A stretch of 64,000 nucleotides of DNA from Hypanus sabinus (taxonomy: Eukaryota). Below the pieces are notes generated by a model. It was not told where the DNA came from. It made no database searches and saw nothing but the letters and a program-made list of their open reading frames with translations. Of the stretch, positions 38,643 through 49,421 are shown piece after piece (position 1 is the stretch's first letter; every line of letters begins with the position of its first letter). Made by a program: the position numbers and the translations under genes. The DNA is taken from assembly GCF_030144855.1 (NCBI RefSeq), contig NC_082736.1, positions 10,168,001 through 10,232,000 of the forward strand, in the 5' to 3' direction.

Positions 38643-39553
38643 CTGTAAAATGTTTGCAAAGAAGACCAATAGGTGAAAGACAACATTTCAGCTGAGATTA
38701 TTTAGTTTTTTCATTGATGTCTGATGTCACACTGTTACAGAGAGGCTGAACACAATTTGGTGGTTCAACACTTCTAACTGGGAATAGTTCAGGCATAAGG
38801 ACACGACATCAGATTCTCTGTATTCCTCTCTGCCCTTCATCAAGCTGTGACTTGGCTCAGTTTGTCTCTCTCCATTAGTACAGCTTCACATTCCGGGTAT
38901 CTCCCACAGACCTACTAAGAACACGCATTTGTTGGCATTTGTCAGTGGTAAAGTCAGAGTCAGCAATGCCATTGAACCTGAAGAGAATGTGATCAGGCTT
39001 TCTCGTTGCAGACTGACACTGCGGTATTCTTGTGGTGTGAATGCTACTGGTACCCAGTATGTTATTGTGGATTTTTACAATTAAAATGGCATGGGGCATT
39101 TTATGTTTAGGGACAACTGTAACAACTCATTTATTATCCTCCAAACACAGAAACAAAGCACGGTTTAAAATTAAATGACATAAATACATCATAACATCTG
39201 TCCAGGCTTTTAAAGAGAAACACAACTCAATGTTGGTGGTTGTTAATTCTGCATGTTTCCACCCATTACATTAATCTACACAGACACCCCTCCCCCCCAG
39301 TCCTCTCACTGCTCCCCCTCTGTGATCGTTATAGCAGTTTATTTCCTTTCAATGTCAGTTCTGTCCGTTTGACAACCTTCCTCACCACCCACAACTGCAC
39401 CAACATTCATATCATCAGTGATCTGATCAGCCCGTGTGTATTTTAATCAGATCATACAGAGGCCCCATCACTGATCACTGTGGACACACTGGTTACATAG
39501 CTACAGTCAAAATCATTTTCAATTCCATCAGTCCGAATGTTGCTACATGATAC

Positions 39554-40542
39554 TGTTACGTACCCCGAAACTGGGTATCTTACCAGCAAAGAGAGAAGTG
39601 TCCGTTTGAGTCTGGTGATACTATTTTCAACAATATTTATTAGCAAAAATATACAAAATAATATCAATGCGAATATACGTTAACAATACTAAACCTAAAA
39701 GTGCAGGTAGAATAATAATCACTAGTGAAACAAGCTCCATCGTTGTCTAGGGGATAATGAATTGTCAGATGGATATATAAAGTTCCGTTCAGTTCATGCA
39801 GGTTGCGGTAGTTGTTTGTCGCGGTGTTTCAATTGTTGAGACAGAGAGAGAAAACGTGGGAACAGTAACAGCTATTATCTTGCCAACCTTCCTTTATCAT
39901 TTTGACCCGTCGATACATTGTGGTTGTGGCCATTCACGTATGACCCCTCCGTCCTTCAGCTAGTCCATTCTTCCGTGGTGGACTCGTCACCCAGGCAAGG
40001 GTGGACAACACACAAGCCCCCACCAGTCTCGCTACAAAACACTGTGAGTTAAAAGTTACCAACCCTTCGTTTGGTCTCCGGTATCCCACCCTGTCTCGTG
40101 AGGTTCTGATGCTCACTAGCGTTTCTGCTGGTGTGTCTGAGGGGTGTTACCCCAGACCTCACTTTTATCCCCACTCACGGGGTTTCAGGTGTCAGTCAGG
40201 TTGGGATGATGTAACCCATCAAACCAGCCCACTCTGGTTGCCCCCTGAGGGGTTTCAATGAATAGAAATGTACCAAGTAAACAATCCTTCTCCACAAGAC
40301 AATAGCAGTAAATCAATGGCTTTTGTCAGTAGGAGACGTTCCATCTCAGCTGTGTCTCTCTCTCATTCTCTTTCATGAGCTGTTATCAATAACAACTGCT
40401 CTGGCAACTTTCCTTTATCTCTCTTACTTCCTTGATAACAGCATTGAAATAGTAGTGATCTGCGATTCTCCAAAAGGCGGGGGGGGGGGCATGGGCGATA
40501 TTGCACCCTTCTGCTCATCAGAGTTGTTCGTCCTTCGTAACA
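39554..40542 (-). mobile_element. Solo LTR (Gypsy-type), 989 bp
   Basis: Termini TGTTACG...CGTAACA. 4-bp TSD ATAC (39550-39553 / 40543-40546). Orientation inferred. Confidence 0.85.
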
Positions 40543-40724
40543 ATACAGATCATTCAAACCCTCCCACACAGAGACTCAAGGGAAGTTACATATTTATCAC
40601 AAGCCCAGAATTGGATTCAATGGTCTGGTATTGTTGCTCTGGATGCTCTGCTGCAAAGTCCATTCAGAGTAGTTCAATGTAACCAGGTACATCATCCCTG
40701 AGATACCAATATACAACATTGTGT

Positions 40725-41182
40725 CACAAACAAGAGAAAATCTGCAGTTGCTAGAAATCCAAGCAACACACACAAAATGCTGAAGGAACTCAGCAGGCCA
40801 GGCAGCATCTGTAGGACAAAAAAATACAGTCAATGTTTCAGTCCAAAAACATTCGGCAAGACTGGAGACAAAAAAGATGAGGAGCAGAGTTAAAAGGTGG
40901 GGATAAGGGAGAGAGAAAACAAGGTGATGGGTGAATCTTGAAAGCGAGGAATGAAGTAAAGAGCTGGGAAGATTGCTGAAAGAGAGAGAAGGCCATGGAA
41001 GAAAGAAAAGAGGGGAGGAGCACACGGCAGAGGTGATGGGTGGGCAATGTGAGAGAAGAAAAAGGGGAGGGGAACTGGTGAGGGGGGCATTACCAGACAT
41101 TCAAGAATTTGACGTTCATGCTATCAGTTTGGAAGCTACCCAGATAGAAAATGTTGTACTTCCAAGCTAAGTGTGGCCTCAT
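40725..41182 (-). mobile_element. Penelope-like 3' fragment
   Basis: Reverse complement of the GIY-YIG C-terminus (FYLGSFQTDSMNV.F) plus the terminal repeat. Confidence 0.75.
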
Positions 41183-41313
41183 TGCATTGTATGATTTTTA
41201 TTTAAGAAGCAAACTTGATCTAATCAGAGTTCTATAGTAAGACTGAATCTGAAAGAACTTAATACATTTACACTGCATGAGAAATTGGATGATACAGTGT
41301 GAAGTCCAACTGC

Positions 41314-41480
41314 CACACTGTACCAGACAGTGACGGGTACAGAATGAATCCCGCACTCTCACACTGTACTAGAGAGTGACAGGTACTGAATGAACCCCAC
41401 ACTCTCACACTGTACCAGAGACTGACAGATACGGAATGAACCCCCACTTTCACACTCTACCAGAGACAGACGGGTAAAGA
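41314..41480. repeat. 46-bp minisatellite, ~3.6 copies
   Basis: Unit CACACTGTACCAGAGAGTGACGGGTACAGAATGAACCCCACACTCT, tandem with no spacers. Confidence 0.85.
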
Positions 41481-41978
41481 CATTCTGTTGTTTAACAAAC
41501 ATGGACAACCCTCATTACCACCTCAGTAGCACCACTTTGACCACTTCATAATGCAATGGGCTCTTGTTGAAATTCTGCTACCTCTTTATAATTCTGTAGA
41601 GTATGTTTTTATTTTGTAAATGTTGTGTCTCCAATACTGTGTGTCTTTGAATCTGCTGTAAGCCAGTTGTATATAACAATAAACAACTTTCACCCTCACT
41701 CTAAAATGGGTCTCTCATGATGACTTTCGATCTCCTGCTGCCATGTTTCATTACATAAATGTTTCATACTTTCAAGTGTGTGTTTTTCTCATACCTTCTG
41801 CTTTTCTATCAGATACGATAGGTTGAATGGCCGAATACTGCGCCTGTACTTTATGATCCATTTTGTATTTTCGATTTCCTTCCTGCCGAATTACCCAACA
41901 GCGGCAACTCCCAGCGATCAGCGCCAGTTCCCAGTCCACGGTGTTACCCAAAGCGACAATGGGCAGTGGAGAGAGACA

Positions 41979-42221
41979 AAGCAGGTTCACCCCGATACTG
42001 GCATCTCCTCCAAGGCCATGAGCATCATGAACTCGCTCGTGAACAATATCTTCGAGCGTATCGCGGGTGAGGCTTCCCGCCTGGCCCATTACAACAAGTG
42101 GTCAACCATCACTTCCCGGGAGATCCAGACCGCCGTGCACCTGCTGCTGCCCGGGGAGCTGGCCAAGCACGCCGTGTCCGAAGGGACAAAGGCGGTGACC
42201 AAGTACACCAGCTCCAAGTGA
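41979..42221 (+). pseudogene. H2B: Histone H2B pseudogene, 5'-truncated (promoter and first ~44 codons missing)
   Basis: Homology starts abruptly at KQVHPDTG. Substitutions F>L, D>N, R>W, R>H. Confidence 0.9.
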
Positions 42222-42252
42222 AGCTCCCCAGTGAGATGATCGAAAACACAAT

Positions 42253-42292
42253 GGCTCTTTTAAGAGCCACTCACAATTTCAATGAGAGAGTT
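42253..42292 (+). promoter_or_regulatory. Histone 3' stem-loop + HDE
   Basis: Perfect GGCTCTTTTAAGAGCC 42253-42268, then ACTCA and GAGAGAGTT. Confidence 0.9.
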
Positions 42293-42691
42293 GTACTACC
42301 ATTTAGGTAATAAATTATACATATTTTATGTCTGGTGACTTTTACAAGAGCTAAGTCACAGTTGGAATAAACTCCCACTGCACTGAAAAGGAATCGTTAC
42401 CTCCCCCTCCCCATCAGTCCGTCCCACTCTGTATCCACACCACGCAGAGGATTGCTACCATTGTTGTTTTATTTCTGGCTTCAGGAGTTTATTGGTTGCA
42501 GTTGGGTAACACCCGAATCTAATTTTAACACAAGCCTAAAAGATCTCATGACTCTTTCATAGAAAAACTTTTTAAAATTGCAGACTAGACGCTGGTCACA
42601 ATTTGAGAAGCGCCATTTGTCTATAACCTGATAATGTTCACACAGTGACCGACTGTGGGCAGAAGCTGAGGGTCAGTTTTTTTTCGGTTCA

Positions 42692-43230
42692 TGGAAACAT
42701 AGAAAATAGGTGCAGGAGTAGGCCATTCGGCCCTTGAGCCTGTACTGCCATTCAATATGATCATAGCTGATCATCCAACTCAGAACACCGTACCTGCTTT
42801 CTCTCCATATCTCCTGATCCCTTTACCCACAAGGGCCATATCTAACTCCCTCTGAAAGATAGCCAATAAACCAGCCTCAACTGTTTCCTGTGGTAGAGAA
42901 TTGCACAGAACCACCACTCTCTGTTTGAAGAAGTTTCTCCTCATCTCGGTCCTAAAAGGCTTCCTCTTTATTCATAAACCCTGACCCCTTGTTCTGTACT
43001 TCCCCAACACCGGGAACCATCTTCCTGTCCAATCCCTTTAGAATTTTATACGTTTCAATAAGATCCCCCCTCAATCTTCTAAATTCCAGCGAGTATAAGC
43101 CCAGTCGATCCAGTCTTCCTTCAAATGAAAGTCCTGCCATCCCAGGAATCAATCTGGTGAACCTTCTTTGTACTCCCTCTAGGGCAAGAATGTCTTTCCT
43201 CAGATTAGGGGACCAAAACTGCACACAGTT
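42692..43230 (-). mobile_element. CR1 3' fragment inserted in the H2B-H2A spacer
   Basis: QFWSPNLRKDILALEGVQRRFTRLIPGM...; tail AACATAGAAAATAGG. Confidence 0.88.
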
Positions 43231-43426
43231 TTGAAAGGGTTGAAAGGAATTAGAGAATTGAGTTCCCAGACACTTGGGTCCTGTTTCAGTAACAGAGGGA
43301 AATGCGAAATCCCAATCTTAAAACCGGTCTGGAATTATTTCATTTCAAATTATATTTAAATAATAGTTTGATTTTTGGCGGGCTTTTTCCAAATTTCAGT
43401 GCACTTTGGGGAGGAGACGTTTCCTA

Positions 43427-43570
43427 TGCGCGCTTCTGCTTTTAAAGACTGCTGATTGGTGATTAAGGCAGTTCTTCGATTGGGACGTTTCTCTTTACTA
43501 ATGAGAATAAGCAGGATCACACCAATCACAAACATCAGATTCTATTCTCAAAGAAGGTATAAAAAGGGCG
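43427..43570 (+). promoter_or_regulatory. H2A promoter
   Basis: ATTGG x2, CCAAT ~43522, TATAAAA 43558-43564. Confidence 0.7.
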
Positions 43571-43586
43571 AGTTGGGGTGGGGTGA

Positions 43587-44018
<432 letters not shown>

Positions 44019-44048
44019 AGCGACGTAAGCTGAACCTGTTTACCCAAA

Positions 44049-44089
44049 GGATCTTTTCAGAGCCGCTCACAATGTCCATGAAAGGGCTG
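44049..44089 (+). promoter_or_regulatory. Histone 3' stem-loop (mismatched) + HDE
   Basis: GGATCTTTTCAGAGCC 44049-44064 (A:G mismatch at stem position 3), GCTCA instead of ACCCA, then GAAAGGGCTG. Confidence 0.8.
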
Positions 44090-44849
44090 AGCAGCGGGTG
44101 ATTTCCATCCGTTTGATATTCTGTATCTGTCACAGCCTCGACATGTTTCTTCCGGAAGGTAAACCGATATAAGTCTGCACAGAAACTGGTTCGCTTCAGT
44201 CCCGACTCATTTTCTCCCCTCAGCCGGCTGAATGGAGTTCACTCCCTTTGCAGAGTGTCAGCGGATCACTGGGCGCAGGGTCGTGAAATAACCTTTCGGA
44301 GTCAGCCCCGGGAGGGTGAATTTAATCTCCGACCTCTGAACGACTCCGCTCTTGATCACCTAAAACCGCGTTATCTGGGTTCCACATTACGGTTTTACCC
44401 CGGACCGTTCCGGTTTGCAGCGGGTGGGAACATCGCCTGTTTGTTGCTTCATGAGCGATTCCCATCGCCTCACTGAACAATATTTGCGACTTTCATTTCA
44501 AAATCAGGTTTATCACCGGCATGTGACGCGAAATTTGTTAACTTAGCAGCAGCAGTTCAATGCAATTCATAATCTAGTAGAGAGAGAAAAACTAATAGTA
44601 AATAAAACATAAATACACATGTATATTGAATAGATTTTTTTTAATGTGCAAACACAGAAATACTGCAAATTAATGAACGCTGCGTTTATGTGACTCCGCT
44701 CCCTACAGATGTCCTGGGTACTATCAGCAGCTTCTTTCCGTCCTGTGCAGTAGTCCCTCCATACCAGACAGAGATGCAGCCTGTCAGAATGTTCTCCGCG
44801 GTCCGGCTATGGAGTCTACAAAGGCACATTTACCCTGTGAAACTGACGG

Positions 44850-45519
44850 TGTAACGTTCTCCTTTGCGTGTACTAATAACGCCGAATTCAACGTCGAGAT
44901 AAACCAGTCAATGAGACCAGATCGCAGTAAGAATAACCATTTACTGTTCACTCTTCACATTAACATATGGTGAAAACTGTTGATAAACAATACAAGATTG
45001 ATACAGTATTTGTTCCTTCCTTAATATCACATTTCAATTGTAAATACTTGTAAAGGTGGCTATAACTACATTACACTAAGGTGCAGTATACAGGGAGAGT
45101 TTACCTGCTCCATTGACTACTTTAAATACACTTCCATGCAATCTATCCGCAACTCTTTAACTAACGAAAGCATAAACATTATCGACCGTCGTTACTTCTA
45201 ACAGGATCGGCATTAACATCTTAGTTCAATTTATCGATTATCTATTAACTTACAGCGTTGCTCTCACTGTGATTTCTCATGTCTGCAAAGCAACTTCTGC
45301 TCAGGTGTGCCTTGTGGTGAGCCCCCACCCTCGCGCTAATTTCAAACCGGTACTTTCCCACAAGACGCGGCGAAACCGGATGTGACGTCATCGCATGCCG
45401 ATATATTTTACATGCAATGAATATACTTTAAACACTTCTAATTCTAACTAGAAAATACTATCGAATGAATTACTAAGCAAAAATATTATAAACTAAATAA
45501 CTGTCGTAAAGACAGCACA
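44850..45519 (-). repeat. 3' LTR of BEL element (670 bp)
   Basis: TGTAAC...GCACA; direct repeat of 48751-49421, about 14 differences by eye. Confidence 0.95.
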
Positions 45520-45577
45520 CTCCCCGCTTGACCTTCGTAAGGTCACAATGAGCAGAGTACAAAACTTAGTCTCTTAA

Positions 45578-48500
45578 TCAGTCATTGGGTAGAAGTAGAA
45601 TAACTTCTGTAACTGGCCTTTGGTAAATTTTCACATCGCCTTGGTCGGTAGTCTTCAATTCGATCTTCCTGACATGTCCATCCCCACTAGGGAATGTAGC
45701 AGTGATTCTGGCCGTTGGCCAGCTGTTGCGGGCGATTTGCTTGTCCCTGAGCAGGACTAAGTCTCCAACTTGAAGATTCCTGCGGGGTTCTGTCCACTTT
45801 TGTCTCTGTTGCAACAAAGGTAGATATTTTTGTCTCCAGCGAGACCAGAGCTGATTTGCCAGAGCCTGGACTTGTCTCCATTGCTTTGTGTACAAATCCT
45901 TGTCTGAGAAGTCTCCTGGTGGAGGAGGTGTTCCTGCCTTCTGTGTAGGGAGCATTGATGGCGAAAGTATGAAGGGGTTTTCTGGGTCAGAAGGCACAGG
46001 TAGGAGTGGTTGTGCGTTTATAATGGCTGTGACCTCTGCCATTAGGGTGCACAGTACCTCGTGGGTCAATCGGGTGCGTTGCTGCATCTCAGGTTTCCTT
46101 TTCCGGGTTTTCCGTAAGGACGTGAACCATTTGACTGCCTGCTCTTTGTTATCTGGTGAGCACTGGCGTGGTTCTCTGAAAGGCAATGGGGCAAACCCAT
46201 TATTTGCTTCATCTCTGAAGACCTTGGGGTCCTTTGTTTTTAAAGAAATGGCATCTTGAGCTGATTGTGCAAGTTTATTTCCGTGCTCGGTTTGAACGAA
46301 AACTGACTGACCTAGCGTCTCGTCGGTTACTTTACGATTGTTAACGTCTTGTTGTGCTTCCTTGATATACATGGAACTTGTGCAGAGTTGAAAAATCGAA
46401 TGGCGGCCACTCTCGAGCACATTGGTCTTGAGTGTGTCAACCGTCGGTTTGTGTAAGTCACCGGGGCACACCTCTCCTATCACCACCCAGCCCAGATCCA
46501 GACGTTGCGCGAAGGGGGCGTCGAGTGGTCCATTGACCTGCTGCCTAACCTTGTGTACCTGGATAACATCTCTTCCTAATAGCAGGAGTATTTCCGCTTT
46601 TGGATCCAGTTCTGGGATGTGTTTGGCGATGTGGTGGAGATGTGGCTGGTGTAGCACCGTACTTGGTGTCGGGATCCCAGTGCGGTTATTCATGATTCCA
46701 TCGCACTCTAAGAGTGGAGGGAGACAGATGATGACTTTACCATCCAGGGACTCGATCTGGATGCCCTCTGCCTTCCTTCCTTGGGTTTCCATGTTGCCTG
46801 AGCAAGTTTTGAGGTAGTATGGGAACCGCTCACTCTCAATGTTGAACAATTTAAAGAACTCTGGACTGACTAGTGAGCGATTGCTCTGATCGTCCAGAAT
46901 CACATAGGCTTTGATGGCCTTGTCTTTGGCTCCTTTAGGGTACACCTTAGTGAGGCAGATCTTGGAACAAGAACGGCTTGACTGAGCTTGACCGCAAACT
47001 TCTGTACAGTTCGAGCTGACAATTGTTGTCCTGGAGTGAGCCTCTCCCTCCCTGCCGTCCTGTTGTGGGGGTGAAGGAGCGTTGTCGGTTTGCGGTGGAC
47101 AATCCTTGCTAGGGTCGTTGCTAGTTGTAAGGGCTTCGGTCTTGAGCACTGAGATGGGTTTATCAATGTTGAAAACATTCGAAGAGGATCTACTTGGCTT
47201 GGTGTAAATTGTACTGCTTCCTGGACCCGCGAGGCTAGGGTCGTTTTGCTTCTTCACCTCTCTGCACACAAACCTAGCGAGGAGCTCAAAGGGAGGAAAT
47301 TGATCATCGTGCTCTTCCTTGTAATCTAAAGCAATGGACAGCCACCTGTCCTGCAGCCCAAAAGGAAGTTTGTCCACGACTTGTCTAATCCCGAATGAAG
47401 TATCTAGGTATACTAGACCAGCTGAGTAGCCATCTTCTTTGGTGCCTTGGATCTCCATGAGTACATTTCCGAATTCTCTTAACTTAATGTGATCTTTGGC
47501 TGACACCTTAGGAAAGTTTTCCAGACGTCGATATAGCGCCACTTCAATAGTTTCGGGGGACCCATAGTCCTCCCGAATTCTCTCCCACGCTTTGCTTAAG
47601 GCTAGTTCGGGTTTGTTGATGTACACTGAACGTATGCGTCTCACCTGGTCGCGTGATTCTTTCCCCAGCCATTTCGCCATAAGGTCCAACCTTTGGGTTG
47701 CACTGAGCTGGACTCCGTCGATCGCGTTGGTGAATGTGGAGTACCATGCACGGTAATTTTCAGGTTTATCGTCAAACTGGTACAGTCCCAAAGTGACGAG
47801 ATCCCGTCGTGCTAAATACTGCATCATGGGATCGGCTGTAAGCGGCATGCGGGCTGGAGAAGTACGTTGGCGTCTATATGACTGAGAGCGTACGTTTCTC
47901 ATGGAATTTGCCATCCTGGATTCGACCTCCGCGTCTCTTCGCATCAAACTTTGTAAGTTTGGTGTCAAGAAGTATCGGTTGTCAGCTCTTTCATTCTTGA
48001 ATTCATCACGGAGTCGCGAGGGTAAATTTTCTTCCTCGTATGGATGTGATGCAATCGTGTCTCTCTGAGGTTCCTCGTAGCTGGGGAAGTTATCGAATAT
48101 GTATGGAGAGGGGAGACGAGCCTGCCTGTCTATTTGAGATTGTACATAGTCGCTTGTGCGTTCCAGTCTGGTCCTTTCTAAAGTAGATCTTACTTCGGTC
48201 AGATCACGCGACCCTTCAGCTTCTTCTATGTACTCTGCTTCCGCCATGGCAGCTTCTTCTTCTCTTTCTAGCTGCAGCACTTGCAACTCTGTCAATATTT
48301 TTGCCATTTCCAACAGGGTTTCGGCTTCTCTGGCGGCCTCTGCTCTTTGTCTGGCGGCCCTTTCGGCTTCTCTGTCGGCCTCTGCTCTTTGTCTGGCGGC
48401 CCTTTCGGCTTCTCTGGCAGCCTTTTCTTTCTGGATTTTGGCTTCTCTGGTGGCCTGTTTCAGTTTCAAAACTGCTTCTTGTCTGGCGTAACGCAGTCGC

Positions 48501-48712
48501 ACCTTGGCGGCTTCTGCCTTGGCTCTTGCCTGGGTGGACTTACTTGATGTCGCTCTACTGCCCTTGTCGCTGGGCGCCATCGACTTGATCCCGGATCGAG
48601 CTGACATTGCAGCACTTGGAACACCTGATAACGCCTGGGTGGGCTTACTTGATGTCGGTTTACTGCCCTTGTCGCTGGGCGGCGTCGACTTGATCCCGGA
48701 TCGAGCTGACAT
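45578..48712 (-). CDS. BEL/Pao Gag-protease-integrase C-terminal fusion polyprotein (no RT/RNase H)
   Basis: Coiled-coil N-terminus; Gag core FDDKPENYRAW; protease AYVILDDQSNRSL...LLLGRD; APLPFR; then directly LTHEVLCTLMAEVTAIINAQPL and a DUF5641-like WRQVQ...VGDLVLL...DGHVRK...RPVTEV. Confidence 0.9.
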   Translation of the reverse strand: MSARSGIKSTPPSDKGSKPTSSKPTQALSGVPSAAMSARSGIKSMAPSDKGSRATSSKSTQARAKAEAAKVRLRYARQEAVLKLKQATREAKIQKEKAAREAERAARQRAEADREAERAARQRAEAAREAETLLEMAKILTELQVLQLEREEEAAMAEAEYIEEAEGSRDLTEVRSTLERTRLERTSDYVQSQIDRQARLPSPYIFDNFPSYEEPQRDTIASHPYEEENLPSRLRDEFKNERADNRYFLTPNLQSLMRRDAEVESRMANSMRNVRSQSYRRQRTSPARMPLTADPMMQYLARRDLVTLGLYQFDDKPENYRAWYSTFTNAIDGVQLSATQRLDLMAKWLGKESRDQVRRIRSVYINKPELALSKAWERIREDYGSPETIEVALYRRLENFPKVSAKDHIKLREFGNVLMEIQGTKEDGYSAGLVYLDTSFGIRQVVDKLPFGLQDRWLSIALDYKEEHDDQFPPFELLARFVCREVKKQNDPSLAGPGSSTIYTKPSRSSSNVFNIDKPISVLKTEALTTSNDPSKDCPPQTDNAPSPPQQDGREGEAHSRTTIVSSNCTEVCGQAQSSRSCSKICLTKVYPKGAKDKAIKAYVILDDQSNRSLVSPEFFKLFNIESERFPYYLKTCSGNMETQGRKAEGIQIESLDGKVIICLPPLLECDGIMNNRTGIPTPSTVLHQPHLHHIAKHIPELDPKAEILLLLGRDVIQVHKVRQQVNGPLDAPFAQRLDLGWVVIGEVCPGDLHKPTVDTLKTNVLESGRHSIFQLCTSSMYIKEAQQDVNNRKVTDETLGQSVFVQTEHGNKLAQSAQDAISLKTKDPKVFRDEANNGFAPLPFREPRQCSPDNKEQAVKWFTSLRKTRKRKPEMQQRTRLTHEVLCTLMAEVTAIINAQPLLPVPSDPENPFILSPSMLPTQKAGTPPPPGDFSDKDLYTKQWRQVQALANQLWSRWRQKYLPLLQQRQKWTEPRRNLQVGDLVLLRDKQIARNSWPTARITATFPSGDGHVRKIELKTTDQGDVKIYQRPVTEVILLLPND

Positions 48713-48750
48713 TGCAGCACTTGAAACACCTGATAATGCCGCTTTTTCAC

Positions 48751-49421
48751 TGTAACGTTCTCCTTCGCGTGTACTAATAACGCCAAATTCAACGTCGAGA
48801 TAAACCAGTCAATGAGACCAGATCGCAGTAAGAATAACCATTTACTGTTCACTCTTCACATTAACATATGGTGAAAACTGTTGATAAAACAATACAAGAT
48901 TGATACAGTATTTGTTCCTTCCTTAATATCACATTTCAATTGTAAATACTTGTAAAGGTGACTATAACTACATTACACTAAGGTGCAGTATACAGGGAGA
49001 GTTTACCTGCTCCATTGACTACTTTAAATACACTTCCATGCAAACTATCCGCAACTCTTTAACTAACGAAAGCATAAACATTATCGACCGTCGTTACTTC
49101 TAACAGGATCGGCATTAACATCTTAGTTCAATATATCGATTATCTATTAACTTACAGCGTTGCTCTCACTGTGATTTCTCATGCCTGCAAAACAACTTCT
49201 GCTCAGGTGTGCCTCGTGGTGAGCCCCCACCCTCGCGTTAATTTCAAACCGGTACTTTCCCACAAGACGCGGCGAAACCGGATGTGATGTAATCGCATGC
49301 CGATATATTTTACATGCAATGAATATACTTTAAACACTTCTAATTCTAACTAGAAAATACTATCGAATGAATTACTAAGCAAAAATATTATAAACTAAAT
49401 GACTGTCGTAAAGACAGCAAA
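48751..49421 (-). repeat. 5' LTR of BEL element (671 bp)
   Basis: Direct repeat of 44850-45519; terminal C>A change at 49420. Confidence 0.95.

Larger units (their letters stand above)
44850..49421 (-). mobile_element. BEL/Pao LTR retrotransposon, internally deleted (non-autonomous), young
   Basis: Two ~98% identical LTRs. Near-TSD GACGG (44845-44849) / AACGG (49422-49426). PPT-like GCGGGGAG before the 3' LTR on the minus strand. Single 1044-aa ORF. Confidence 0.95.

Noticed and set aside
41314-41480. Regularly spaced repeats resembling a CRISPR array
   Set aside because: Head-to-tail 46-bp minisatellite with no unique spacers, no cas genes, and a eukaryotic context
41778-42221. 147-aa ORF as an H2B variant with a novel N-terminus
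   Set aside because: Starts at a non-ATG codon; the N-terminal part is former upstream non-coding DNA; core promoter deleted; CpG-type damaging substitutions
45578-48712. Domesticated host gene from the BEL element
   Set aside because: Near-identical LTRs and a near-intact TSD indicate a recent insertion; the open frame is compatible with young age; no orthology evidence available
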